A stretch of DNA of 45,216 bases, filler included, from Catajapyx aquilonaris (lineage: Eukaryota), in NCBI GenBank assembly GCA_000934665.2. It is 2 parts of 2 records of this genome, joined end to end, with 100 filler letters (N's around TTAATTAATTAA, not from the genome) between each part and the next. Parts side by side here need not be neighbours in the genome. Positions count along the whole stretch, not along the records: positions 1 to 22,556 come from KZ539426.1; 1 more part is not named here. The stretch is one strand, 5' to 3'. Shown here piece by piece: positions 1-10,782 of this stretch. The position numbers and the translations under genes were made by a program. The notes below the pieces were generated by a model that worked only from the letters and a program-made list of their open reading frames with translations, ran no database searches and was not told the origin of the DNA. How positions within the stretch are numbered: position 1 is the first letter of the stretch; the number at the start of each line of letters is the position of its first letter.

Positions 1-1275
1 GCTTCCATGGCCATCTCATCGGGAGCCATGAGCTGGCTGGGTTGGGCTCCCCCCTTCCCCTGTGCCCATTAATAAAACAGCGAGCAGCCAAATAAATAAC
101 AAGTGATGGCGGGGCCACCAGGAAAGGAGAGACCGCAAATGCCATTTTTTCACTTGTTTTTTTTCTCTCTCTCTCATCCGCATTTCTGGAATTTCCCACT
201 GGCTCTTTTCAGATCTTGGCTGTTTGACATCATGTAAAATGTAGCCATGCACCTAATATGAGTTTCCAAACCATGCACTGTGGACATCACACATGCCCAG
301 GTGTCGCTTTCCCACAATTCTCAGCACTTGGCCGCTCCTGACATATGACAAGCTCTGACGTTATGGAAATAAATAGGGCTGTTGATTTACAATCCCCTGC
401 CAAAAGCACGATCGATCATAAAGTAACGGCTAAAACTAATCAGTAAAAAAAATTTGGTATGAAAACAGCTTCTGCAGTATATATAGCGAGGCGCTCTCTA
501 GAAAATAATAGCAGCGATCGCGATTCGAGCGAGATGAGCCCCTGTTGGTTGTGCCCAGGACAAAAGCTGGTTTGGAGCAACGGAGACGCCTCCCATTCTT
601 GCTCAGATACAATAACACTGTCGATGAGGATGGTGCGCCAAGAAGTACCACCTAGTGTACTGTTGAGGCCGGCTGGAGACGAGACCCAGCACTCTGCCTC
701 TAGGTATATAGAGGGAGAGACTTCCATACAGCATAGCCCTAGGCTCCATTTGTTTTCATAGAGTTTTGAGCGGCGCCTCTCCACATCGATCCGCCTCTTC
801 CACATCCAATGGCACAATGCTGCCGCTGCCTCTGAGGAGCCTCTTGTCAAATGAGGCCGCTGAGAATAATGCTGCTTGCTGCTTCCGCCTTTTCCCAGGT
901 GTAAATATTGAGGCGGGGGAAGAAGTAAGGAGGGGGGGAAAAATTTTGATGTGCGCGCGCATGTGATTATATTGCGCCTTGGTGAATTGTAGTGTAATTA
1001 TAGAGTCTTCTTGGTTCTGGGTAAGATGAGCCTAAGGGTATGGGGCTAGGCTCTGTATTAATCCTTTTGAAATGTTCATGGTAGCACTGTAAAGTTTTAA
1101 ATTAATGTTCATCAAAGGGTTGTACAGTATATGATTTAACATATTTGTTGCTCTCATTTGGTGCCTGTCCCCGAGAGTGACTCCACTTGATGAAGTGGAA
1201 TCCTTTGCAGCTTAATTTGCGGCACTTTGATCTCTGTGTGTAAGTGGCTACTTACATAAAATATTGTGGCAACAA

Positions 1276-1426
1276 TAATGTACGGAAAACGAGAGAACGA
1301 TCTGACGTCATCGTTTCTTCCATTGTTGCTTTCTGTTGACACTGCTGTTTACTCATATTGTTCTGAGAGGGTATTTTCATGGAAACCTTGACGACGTCAG
1401 ATCTTTCTCTCTTTTTCCGTACATTA
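1276..1426. mobile_element. Small palindromic MITE-like element
   Basis: TAATGTACGGAAAACGAGAGAACGATCTGACGTCATC is inversely matched by GACGACGTCAGATCTTTCTCTCTTTTTCCGTACATTA (about 37-bp arms). Confidence 0.65.
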
Positions 1427-3016
1427 GGACAAGAATGCCGCGGATGAGTTGGTGGGCAAGGTTTCAGCTCATGTCGGGGCACTGCCGGGAGTAGGCATTT
1501 ATAGACAGGCTTTCCAATATCGGAAAATATTTTATTATTCAATTCAACAATCTCCAAAACCCATTGTTGGTGAGAGGGACTGTGTACACAGGTACCTCTG
1601 CTGGCAATGCCGGAACTGTTTTGGCATGATCTACCCGATTGTTTGCCTATTTCCTACCCATTTTTGCAGAACAATGTAACACAGAAACCAACAATTCAAC
1701 CACACAAAACAAAATCAACAATCGGTACATCTACTGGAGTTTTTGTATGTTTAAATGTATAGTACTCTCGTATATAAATACACCATCAGTTGATTAACAC
1801 TACATCCCTATATAATTGTCAATTACATTATTGATAACGTGACTTTTGCATAATTAATGTGTCATAGTGCTGCACTTAAACGGGCTTTATAGTGCATGAC
1901 CGCATGAGTGACAGCCAGAAATAGACACGTCCTGTGCTTAAATTCGTTAATGTCTGAAGCTCCCCATCCTCTTCACACTCAACTTTAAAATATGCCCCAC
2001 CCCTTCACCACTCTACAGCAGATTGGTCGATTCATTTTGCAAAGTGCGATGTTACACACATCCTTTCATCCTATTAATACCCGTTTTTTCTCATTCACAT
2101 ACTGAACGTATAAAATGAGCCGACACATCGCTGCCGCATCACCTGACGTCAATAACACCCACCCTTTTCCCCTCACCTTTCTCACGCTCCGTGCACAACC
2201 AATCAGGTATAAATCCGATTCGAATCTACCCCAGCTGTTGTTTTTACCTGGAGAAGCAAACCGCTGCTGCACCTGTGGATCCCATGGCATTTGGCCAATC
2301 GGTACATGCAGAAAGAGTGTCCATCCAAAATCCCTCAGGTCAATACTGCAGATTGAAATATTTTTTCCTCCTAAAAAATGACAAAGGGAAATTCAGGTCC
2401 TGCATCCAACCGTCCAGCTTCTAGCCTTTTCTCTGCACCCTCTGCTTATTTACGACCTGCCCCCGCCCTTAAATGGCTTATTGAATTCTCATCACAAGCG
2501 CAATGTACGTCCGGCCAGAAGGCTGGAGCCTTGCCAGGTTCTCCATCTCTTTGGCCGGACACGCGCCTGGTCTGCCCCTAGCCCTGCCTCGAGTCGACCC
2601 ATGGATTTGCTTACAAGGAACTGGACAAAAGAGCTGGCTTGTACCTACGTTATATTGAGGGCTTCTTGCCCTTGTCTGCAAAGCATGAATGAGTCCAAGA
2701 GGACTATTCAGGATGGTTACTGGGGAGCGTTGCCATGACACGGTGGGCCGCCCATCGTCTTCGTCTTTTTCTTCTCTCTGGCTTTGGGAATCGTGATAAT
2801 TGGCTCTTTTGTTTGCTGCAGGGGGTCTCTTGTTTGTCGCAACGACATCTAGAAACCTGCGCTTTGTGACGTTGGTTCTCAATAAAATGACTGAGCTGGA
2901 CGGAAAATCCGGTCAGAGAGTAGGACTGGAAGGTTGCAGGTACACAACCAAGTGGGGCTCTGAAACTATAGTGTAAGGTATTAACAATAGTTACAACGAC
3001 TTGTTTTTCTTCACAG

Positions 3017-3070
3017 GTGACCCATCAACCCATCGCATGAGGGACGACTCTTCTTCGCAGCCTGAACATA
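3017..3070 (+). other. Candidate orphan 54-nt exon
   Basis: ttgtttttcttcacag|GT GAC CCA...CAT A|gtgagt. Near-consensus splice sites, length divisible by 3, open frame DPSTHRMRDDSSSQPEH. No homology recognised. Confidence 0.4.
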
Positions 3071-3864
3071 GTGAGTACCCTATCACTTCTAGTGTGCGAG
3101 CAAATGCAAAATAGCGCGAATATTTTATGGGATGTTACGTTAATTTAGCTGTGGTAGGGTATTAAATTTTAAAGGAGTCGGCGACCCCGCGATCTACAAG
3201 CCGGAAAATTCATGTGCGGGTGGGAGTTTAAGCGGATTCTTTATTAGTCTTATCGGCAGAAACCCACCGCTATGCCTCGTGCACCCTATTCCTCCTTGAC
3301 AAAATTATAATCGCCCCGATAGTATCTCACATGCTGATAGGCAGAATGTAATGCCCAATTTGTTTAAAAATGAGGACAAACCTGCGGGAGATGCACAGAA
3401 CTTAAGCCAATATTGGTTAATTAAATGATGTGTTACGTAGAGTAGGTCACAGTTGAACGTATTTCTGGATAAGCTAAGTTGGGTCGTCAGGTGCCTCCTC
3501 CAATCAAAGGCTGAGCGTGAGTGCGCTAAGGCGCCAAATGGAAACGGCCTCCCAAAACGACGGTTTTTTTTCTGAGGCGTCGTCGTTGGCGGCTTATTCC
3601 CGACGCATTTCATTAGGGGACAATTTTGGTAAGAGGGGGCCAAGAGGCTCTTTTAATTCCGCACCTCAGACGGAAAAGTGGATGATGACGATGATGGAGG
3701 TCCAGGCCGCAGCCACGGAAGCCTGAAATGGAAGAAGGAAATGCAGAGCAGATTGCAGCCGCCCATTTCCACTTTTTTATATAGCTTGAAAATGTACAAG
3801 GTGTAGGAAAAAGTCATACGTGGGGCTATACACGCTCCGCTCGCATCGTCCTTGAGATTTCGAT

Positions 3865-4026
3865 GGGGACTCAGGGGCGAGTGGGGACTCAGGGGAGAGT
3901 GGGGANNNNNNNNNNNNNNNNNNNNNNNNNNNGGGACGAAGGGGAAAGTAGGGACGAAGGGGAGAGTGGGGACGAAGGGGAAAGTAGGGACGAAGGGGAA
4001 AGTAGGGACGAAGGGGAGAGTGGGGA
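3865..4026. repeat. G-rich 18-bp minisatellite spanning a 27-N gap
   Basis: Units GGGGACTCAGGGGAGAGT before the gap and GGGACGAAGGGGAAAGTA after it. N at 3906-3932. Confidence 0.9.
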
Positions 4027-6063
4027 GCGTAGCGTCAGTTCAAAATAGCCTTAAACCTGCCTCTGGGTTTCTCCCTCAGAAATGAGCAAGAAAATGGCTG
4101 GATCTGGGCAGGGGGGAGAAAGAAACGGAATCGTATCCTGCACATAAAATGGGTGCGGCAAGGGGATAGGTAAGGTGGGTGAAAAGACTGGCTGCCAACC
4201 GCCTTGCATTCGATGTAGTTTGAAGCGTGCGAAACTTGGGTTTACGACTGCTCCCTGGGTCGTTAGGGGAAAGGGGAATGGAGAGCTAAATGCCCCTCCC
4301 TGGGAGCTACTTGGATCTTGGTGGGCTTGTGCTTGCCTACCTACCCAACCTACTTTATTTCTGGCCCTCTGGCCATTTCGGATATATATACGTTTTAAAA
4401 AAGAGGGAAACTGAGGAATCGGTCCGGTGTGGAAGTAAGCCCTGGTCCCTTCTGAGACTGGTCTAATATCATTAGGCACTTTCATCTGCAACAAGTTGAA
4501 CGCCTAATTGCCCTTGCTTAACGCTTCTTTGCCACCCTCGCCCCTTTTGTTTTATTTATTTTCATAATTGCGTGCTGGGCGCGCTTCCAACTCGAGAGGG
4601 AGTCACTAGGGGGCGGACTGGATGTGCAGTTTACTCGTGAAGCTCATTCGCACGTACCGAGCAAAACCGGTGTGATGTGTTTATATGGTGCAGGACAAGT
4701 CTGGGCTTGTTAGAGTCTCGAACGTGCCAAAAAAGACCTCCTTAGGTCATCTAACCTGACCTGGCTAGAGCAAGTCTCTGCTCAGGCCGTATCACGACTA
4801 CATACAATCCCCAGGTCTGCCTCCTGACACCGCCATCTACCAACATACGTAATTCCTAACTAGCTAACAGCCATCTAGTGGGGACATCACACATGTTTAC
4901 ATGCTTTACATACTAACAGCATGTCCATGTTGTAACAATCCCACCGCTACACCAATCTTTTAAAGGCGCCAAATCCGGGATTACATTTTTTTTTGGCAGG
5001 GTCCTCCGACGCAATTTTCGCCGTTTTTTGGTCTCTTTCACAAAGCTGCAAATGTGATTACAGCCGGCTTAAAGTCTAAAGACCCCGAGCAGTCATCAAG
5101 AATGCGTCGTTGCTTTCCAGCACACAAAGTCGCACAAACTGAGGGAGATCGGATACTACAGTATCGTCACTATGTATCCCCTAGGACAAGTTTACACGCC
5201 CGTTCTTCTTCAAGCAAAAACAGCATCAAAACAAAGAGAAGGGGAAAGAGGAGGAGCAGAAAGGAGGGAGGGCCAATGGAACGCAACGGGGAATTTCTCC
5301 TCTAATCTTTTCCGGTCCAGTGCCACGATTTAACGAGTTTACCGTCAGGAAATAGTTTGACCGTGGCTATTTGAACGCAGACAAGGCTTTCCACCATTCT
5401 TTTTTTTTTGGAGGGGGGGGAGGGGAAGGAGGGGCCACCTTAATTGTTATTGCGCTTTTTCTGGCCAACCTCACTGGGCTAGTGCATTGCGCAGGAGGTT
5501 TCCGCGCAGTCTCGTTCAATCCGATAATGAAATGCGTTTCCGATTTGCACCGAGAATAATTGCGCTTTTTAATCAACGCAAATTGCTTTCCTGCCAGCTC
5601 TTTTTGCTCAAAACGCACGAGTAACTGCATGAATAGGTCAAACTCCGCGGGCTGCTGCTGCGACTTGCCTTGCTCGAGATCAATAGTCAAGCGCAGTGTG
5701 TGTGTGCTCCATGTACGGTGCTGCACTTGTGTTATTTTGCATTCAGAGGAATTTCTGGAGGGAAGAGGGATTCTTTTGTTGCATTTTTTGGAGGAATAGG
5801 AGGGACGTATCGTATGAAAAGAGGGGCATTTCGGGAGGTAGGCCTCCTTTGTTGTCTCAGCCGTGAATTCGGCTCTGTTGGAAAATCCGTCTCAGTTACC
5901 GGCTTTTGTCTTCAGTCTTCAGTCATTTATGATCTCTGCATAATCCGCCTCCTGGCATTTTTTTCCCTTTTTATAAAGGACATCCCCAGCTCTTCCAAGA
6001 TATGCCTAGCGTCCTACATATAGGACACTTATGCAAATGTTGGATTATTAGTTATTGTGTTAA

Positions 6064-6359
6064 TTTTTTTAAACATTTACCGCGTTGGAAGAATCGGCGC
6101 TCCGGGGGTGGAATACCACCATTTTACAACTCAATTTTTCTGAATGTATTCTTCACGCATGGGTGGGGCCAACGGCCAAGGATAGGGAAGGAAGGAAGCG
6201 GCTGTGGCCTATTATACGGAAGCGACTCCGGAATTATCCTGGGGGGACCCTGGAAAACCACAGAAAACCATGGTCAGGGTCGCCGGCCCCGGGAATCGAA
6301 CCCACGACCTCCCGATTAGCAGTCGGACTCCTTTAACCACTGCACCAACCTGCTTCGGT
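6064..6359 (-). mobile_element. tRNA-derived SINE, copy 1
   Basis: Minus strand: ACCGAA start, A box TGGTGCAGTGG, anticodon-like arm CCGA-CTGCTAA-TCGG, B box GGTTCGATTCC. The body GTTTTCTGTGGTTTTCC...GGCCACAGCCGCTTCCTTCC is shared with the copy at 24719. Short A tail and degenerate direct repeat tattgtgttaattt/tattttgtttattt. Confidence 0.88.
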
Positions 6360-6374
6360 ATATTTTGTTTATTT

Positions 6375-6686
6375 AAACAAGCGCAGACTTTTAAAACCCT
6401 TTTTAATGACACTCTTTATGAGGTAGCGAATTCTATTCTGAGAGCCTGCCACTCCGCCGGGCCGTCTGGCGTATGGAGGTTGCGAACTCATCCACTCACG
6501 TGACTACCTCCCGATGATGGTGTGGAAGTGGCGATCTCACAAACTCACGTGACTACTACCACGTTGAGGTTGCGAACTCACCCCTAATGTGAATACCTAC
6601 CACTAGATGGTGGGGGAATGGCAAACTCGCTGCACGCGGGCGGACAGACATCCGTCATAGTGAAGCTAATATAAAGCGTGTAATAA
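6375..6686 (-). mobile_element. DINE-1/HINE-like non-autonomous Helentron
   Basis: Minus strand: TTATT-ACACGCTTTAT subterminal repeat, GTCTGTCCG core, internal tandem repeats (GAGGTTGCGAACTCA twice and CTCACGTGACTAC twice, as read on +), partner repeat ATAAAGAGTGT, small hairpin TTAAAA-GGG-TTTTAA, CTTGTTT end. Confidence 0.65.
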
Positions 6687-8538
6687 TAATTAAACATTTT
6701 GAATTCAGGCCTTGTACTTGTACAATGATAAATTTAAATCAATTTTTATTTGAAATTGAAATTGAAAAGAATAATGCAGCCTTCTGACTAAGAGCCTATA
6801 CACTGTATACAGTTTCTGGTGCTGGAAGAAGGTTAGTCATACAGACGAGGGGTGATACCCACGCATCGACGCATGTGCGAATTGTAGCGACGCCAAGCAA
6901 ATTCCTATATATCTCCGTCCGAGTGAGTCGGAGAGCCTTGGAGGGCCGTTCAACCCTGAAAGCTTTTCTACGACGATGAGGGCCATCAACACCCTACCCC
7001 ACGCCAGCCTCTTCACGCACCGTTCTTATCACTCTGCCTGATCCTGATTTTTTTGCACCGTCAACAGGGTGGTCCAGTATTCCATGGATCCCTCCAAAAA
7101 ACAGCGTTCGACAAGCTTGAAAATCCCGGTGTGAGAAACTGCAGTATTTCCCATCCTCTCGAAAACTTGTAATTCCGCTTAAATTAGGCCTAAGGAGTTG
7201 GGAGACTACCGGGAGATTGGAAAGTAATCCTCCCCCCAACTTCATCGGGCTTTTCTCCTTCTTATGCAACCCAGCCAGTATAAGCCTCCCAGCAACTCGC
7301 CATCGAACAACCCTTTTGCCTTTACCTCCAATGTTTGTCTTATTCTACCCATTTTACCTGGATGCATCTGAGCCGGAGTCTTGACACAATTCAGGCGGTG
7401 CAAAAAGGGCTGATGTGACTGGGAATCTCTCTAGATCACAAGTAATGTGCCTCCCGAGGTGGTGGTGCCGTTGCCTGAGTCAGTCTAAGGCGGATATATG
7501 GACCCGGGTAGAAAATAAGTCTTCCGCAATGTGCAAAAAAATATGCCCCCGTTTTATATATCCAGAGCATTTTGGTATTCTACTCCCGAAAGTAATCAAC
7601 TGGCTTTCTTATTTTGTTAGAGGAAGTCGCTACAGGAATATACAGTAGTGCTTGAAATCGATGCACATTTTTTTGGTGTTCTATGCTGCAGTGCTAAAAC
7701 TTAGTTTATAATTAGGATTCGTGTTGGCGTACCATGTACATGCACCATAAGCGTTAAAGATAAGATAGGTTGAATGTAGGCCGTCCACTTTAGCAAATCT
7801 GCACATCAGTAAGAATTTATACTCATTTTTTTTTACCTAATCAGGGTTGGGTCATTAACTAATAAGGAAATCAGCAAAAAGGGCGAATCCTATATCGTGT
7901 TGGATTTGTGAGTGTCAGCACGATTGCAGGATGTGAGTATCTTTTCATTTGCCACGCGGCCCGTGCTGACCAGCCTTGTACGACAAAAGTCAAAGGTATC
8001 CGGGTGCGTGTCCGAAAGGCCAGCTGCAATACCATTCTTCGGGGTTAATCCGATGCTAATAAATTTTTACGAGGTGCGCGTGCGGCTCGAGCCAAGTGGC
8101 TGGGCTGCTGGGGTCTGAGAATATATTTGGGGTGGAACGAAGAAGGGGGAAAAAAAGGTAGGGTTTATAGAAGGACTGGTGCTGTCTATAGATGGGGGTC
8201 AAGCAGTAACGCTGATTTGGCAGCTGCCATTGACGGTAAGAGTTGAAAGGTGGGTGGTGCCAGCATGGTTTTATGGAATTGGCAACGAGTAAAAGCGTCT
8301 ATTGCAACGAGTGAATGGGGGCGTAAAATCATGGGCATTAACAGTTTTGGGGGTGATGCGGGGCTCGAACCCTGGACTTGTCGGAATGTGCCTGTGCCTG
8401 TGAAGACTATCAAATTTCAGGAAATTTGAGAGCAGGTGATTTCGGTGTATTAAAATTTTTACGAATTGTTATATTGAAACCCAATTTTCATAGTGCTCAA
8501 ATAAAACTTTTTCCGTAAAATATTTCTAGGAAGTTAAA

Positions 8539-9114
8539 CTAGCAGGATACTCGGCGTAGCCCGAGTTATAAAATACTTTTCCACTGGAGTAACTCATTGA
8601 CTTTGTTGTTACTGCAACATGCCGTGACTTTAGCCTTAAAGGAATGTTTCCCCCAGTCCTGCAGCCTAAAACCAGTCGGTATTTAAAGCACCAGCTTGAA
8701 CCCTTGGCCAGCCCCGAGGCCGTAGCTGGACCGTGCCACCGTGTTTAGGTTAAAAATGGAATAAGATCAAACCATGGCCGAATAAACCGTTGAAAATTGA
8801 TGAAAAGAACCGGCGTTCTATTTGGAACGGCTTCTAGGAGATGGCGAGCCGGAAGTAACAATCGCGGTTTTGGCTGCTTTGGGAAGTAGCTATAATATAA
8901 CTTGGTGATGAGGGTATTAGCTGCGGGATAAACGTGATGGGACCTTATGGGGACATGGTATTTCACCTCCTGCGGCCAAGGATGACCTCGGAGGTCAAGT
9001 CCAATGTGCTAAGAACCTTTCCCTTTAAAAACTACCCCTAATGATCACCCTGGGGCATACGTCGAGGCCTCCGTATTGATTTGCATCGGGAACATTGTGA
9101 AATATTGTATTAGA
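8539..9114 (-). mobile_element. Non-autonomous Helitron
   Basis: Minus strand A|TCTAATACAATATTTC... through hairpin ACTCGG-GCTACG-CCGAGT to CTAG|T. Canonical TC/CTAG termini at an AT site. The 5' end is less certain than the 3' end. Confidence 0.65.
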
Positions 9115-10730
9115 TTATTAGGAACGATTTCCAGTAAAAATTATCCCGTCCACTGCACCATTGTGTGAACGAATTTTTCCCTCTCTCTGCAGTTCGACTT
9201 TCTTAAGACCGTATACACCCACTCTATCTTAAAATTCGCCCATTACTCTGTTCCTTTTTTCCCATCCTCTCTAGAGACTCTGTTACTCTTGCTAACTACA
9301 TATCTGGTCATCCCGCCCTCCTGCGGCTGAAGATACACTAATGTGCTGAATTGAATCGCTGCCTACCTTCATTACATGTCTCTCTTGTTTCCTTCTCTAC
9401 TAACCACTCCTACTTATGCGGGAGGGGTCTCGACTGCATTATTTATGGGCTGCCCTCGCGGATGGCCACGGATGGTAAAGGAAAAAGAAGAAGAAAGTAG
9501 ACGGAAGGTGGCGCGGAGAGAATAAGATGATCATCCCTCAAGCCAAGACCCCTCACGCAATTTCCTGCACGAAAAGTGAGGTGTGTCTCGAATATGTATT
9601 CTTAGTGTGTCCTTCCTCTTGCACCTGTCTATAGAGAAGCCAGGGACCAATAATTCATGTCAAGTGCTATTCAATTTTCAGAAAGTTTAGGAGCTGAAAG
9701 ATCAAAAAAGTTTTTGAAAATTTGGGTAAAACCATGCGTTAGAAATGCGGACGTTCCGGTTGATGCGCGTGCTGGTAATTATACCTGTCACTACACGGTA
9801 ATTACTGCTTCCAGTACGTGTTGTGACAACCTTCATTGCGCTGTTGGAGCAACATGAAACGGGTTAACGGTAACGTTTGGCAGGGGAGGGGGTGCCATGG
9901 TGCTGATACGGGGTGTGTTCGTGCTTCTGGACGCTTGGTGGGTGATCCGGAGATCAATACGGGACAGAATAAGGGACACGTCTAATCCAAATAGACTGCC
10001 AGGGAGCTCTTCCATGCAGCATCTGAGTGACCACGATTTGGCGAGAGAACGGCTTCATTTACGATCCGGACTGAGGCCGTAAACCGTCCGGACCCAGGAG
10101 GCAATTTTATGCTTTGCATGCCCTTTGTGTCAAGCTGTCTGTGTCTTTATGGTGATGCGAGTGGTTACGGTGGCAGAGGATGATCAAAAGTGATGGACAG
10201 AAGGTGCACAATATTTTATTCAGCGACCCTAGCATTCAAATTTTCATTTCAAGACGGCAAAAATGCTCGAGAGCAACGATACACCTTAAAAAGGCCTTTG
10301 CCAAGGGGCCATTGTTCGAGTCCAGCGTAGATCAGCATTTGCAAGCAGATAAGAAGTTGCGAGCGAATTTCTTTTCCCGAAGTGGTCTTGGGCCGGCTCC
10401 AAAGGGCCAATGCCATTGATCAGGCTGGGAGCCACACAACTCTTAGAACCGGGCGCACAAAGAGATACAACCAGGCTCTACACACACACGCATCGGTTTA
10501 ACACCGTATAGACCGATCCTCACAAGTGCCCTACGTCTTGATTAGCTCTACCCCCCCCCCCCCACCCTCGCGTGCGCCCCTTGCCGACCCACATTTTACT
10601 CGTAATTTGTGCCGCTCTTGCGCCTCTTATCACGCTCACGCCTCTACCTCCATTGCTAAATCTCTCCTTTCTTATCTCCCATCGCCCTACCCTGGATTAT
10701 TCATCCTCTACGTCTGTTTTTTTTTCTTTT

Positions 10731-10782
10731 ATTACACCACGGTTCTACAAAAATTACACCACTGTTCTACAAAAATTGCACC
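10731..10782. repeat. Short 22-bp tandem duplication
   Basis: ATTACACCACGGTTCTACAAAA / ATTACACCACTGTTCTACAAAA / partial ATTGCACC. Confidence 0.85.

Noticed and set aside
440..966. Cluster of overlapping ORFs on both strands
   Set aside because: No recognisable homology or consistent splice structure.
6285..6359. Functional tRNA-Ser(GCT) gene (also 24719-24795)
   Set aside because: No proper acceptor stem or long variable arm, and it is followed by a shared SINE body, tail and TSD.
8350..8390. B-box-like GGGTTCGAGCCCC on the minus strand
   Set aside because: No A box or cloverleaf. At most a decayed SINE/tRNA fragment.
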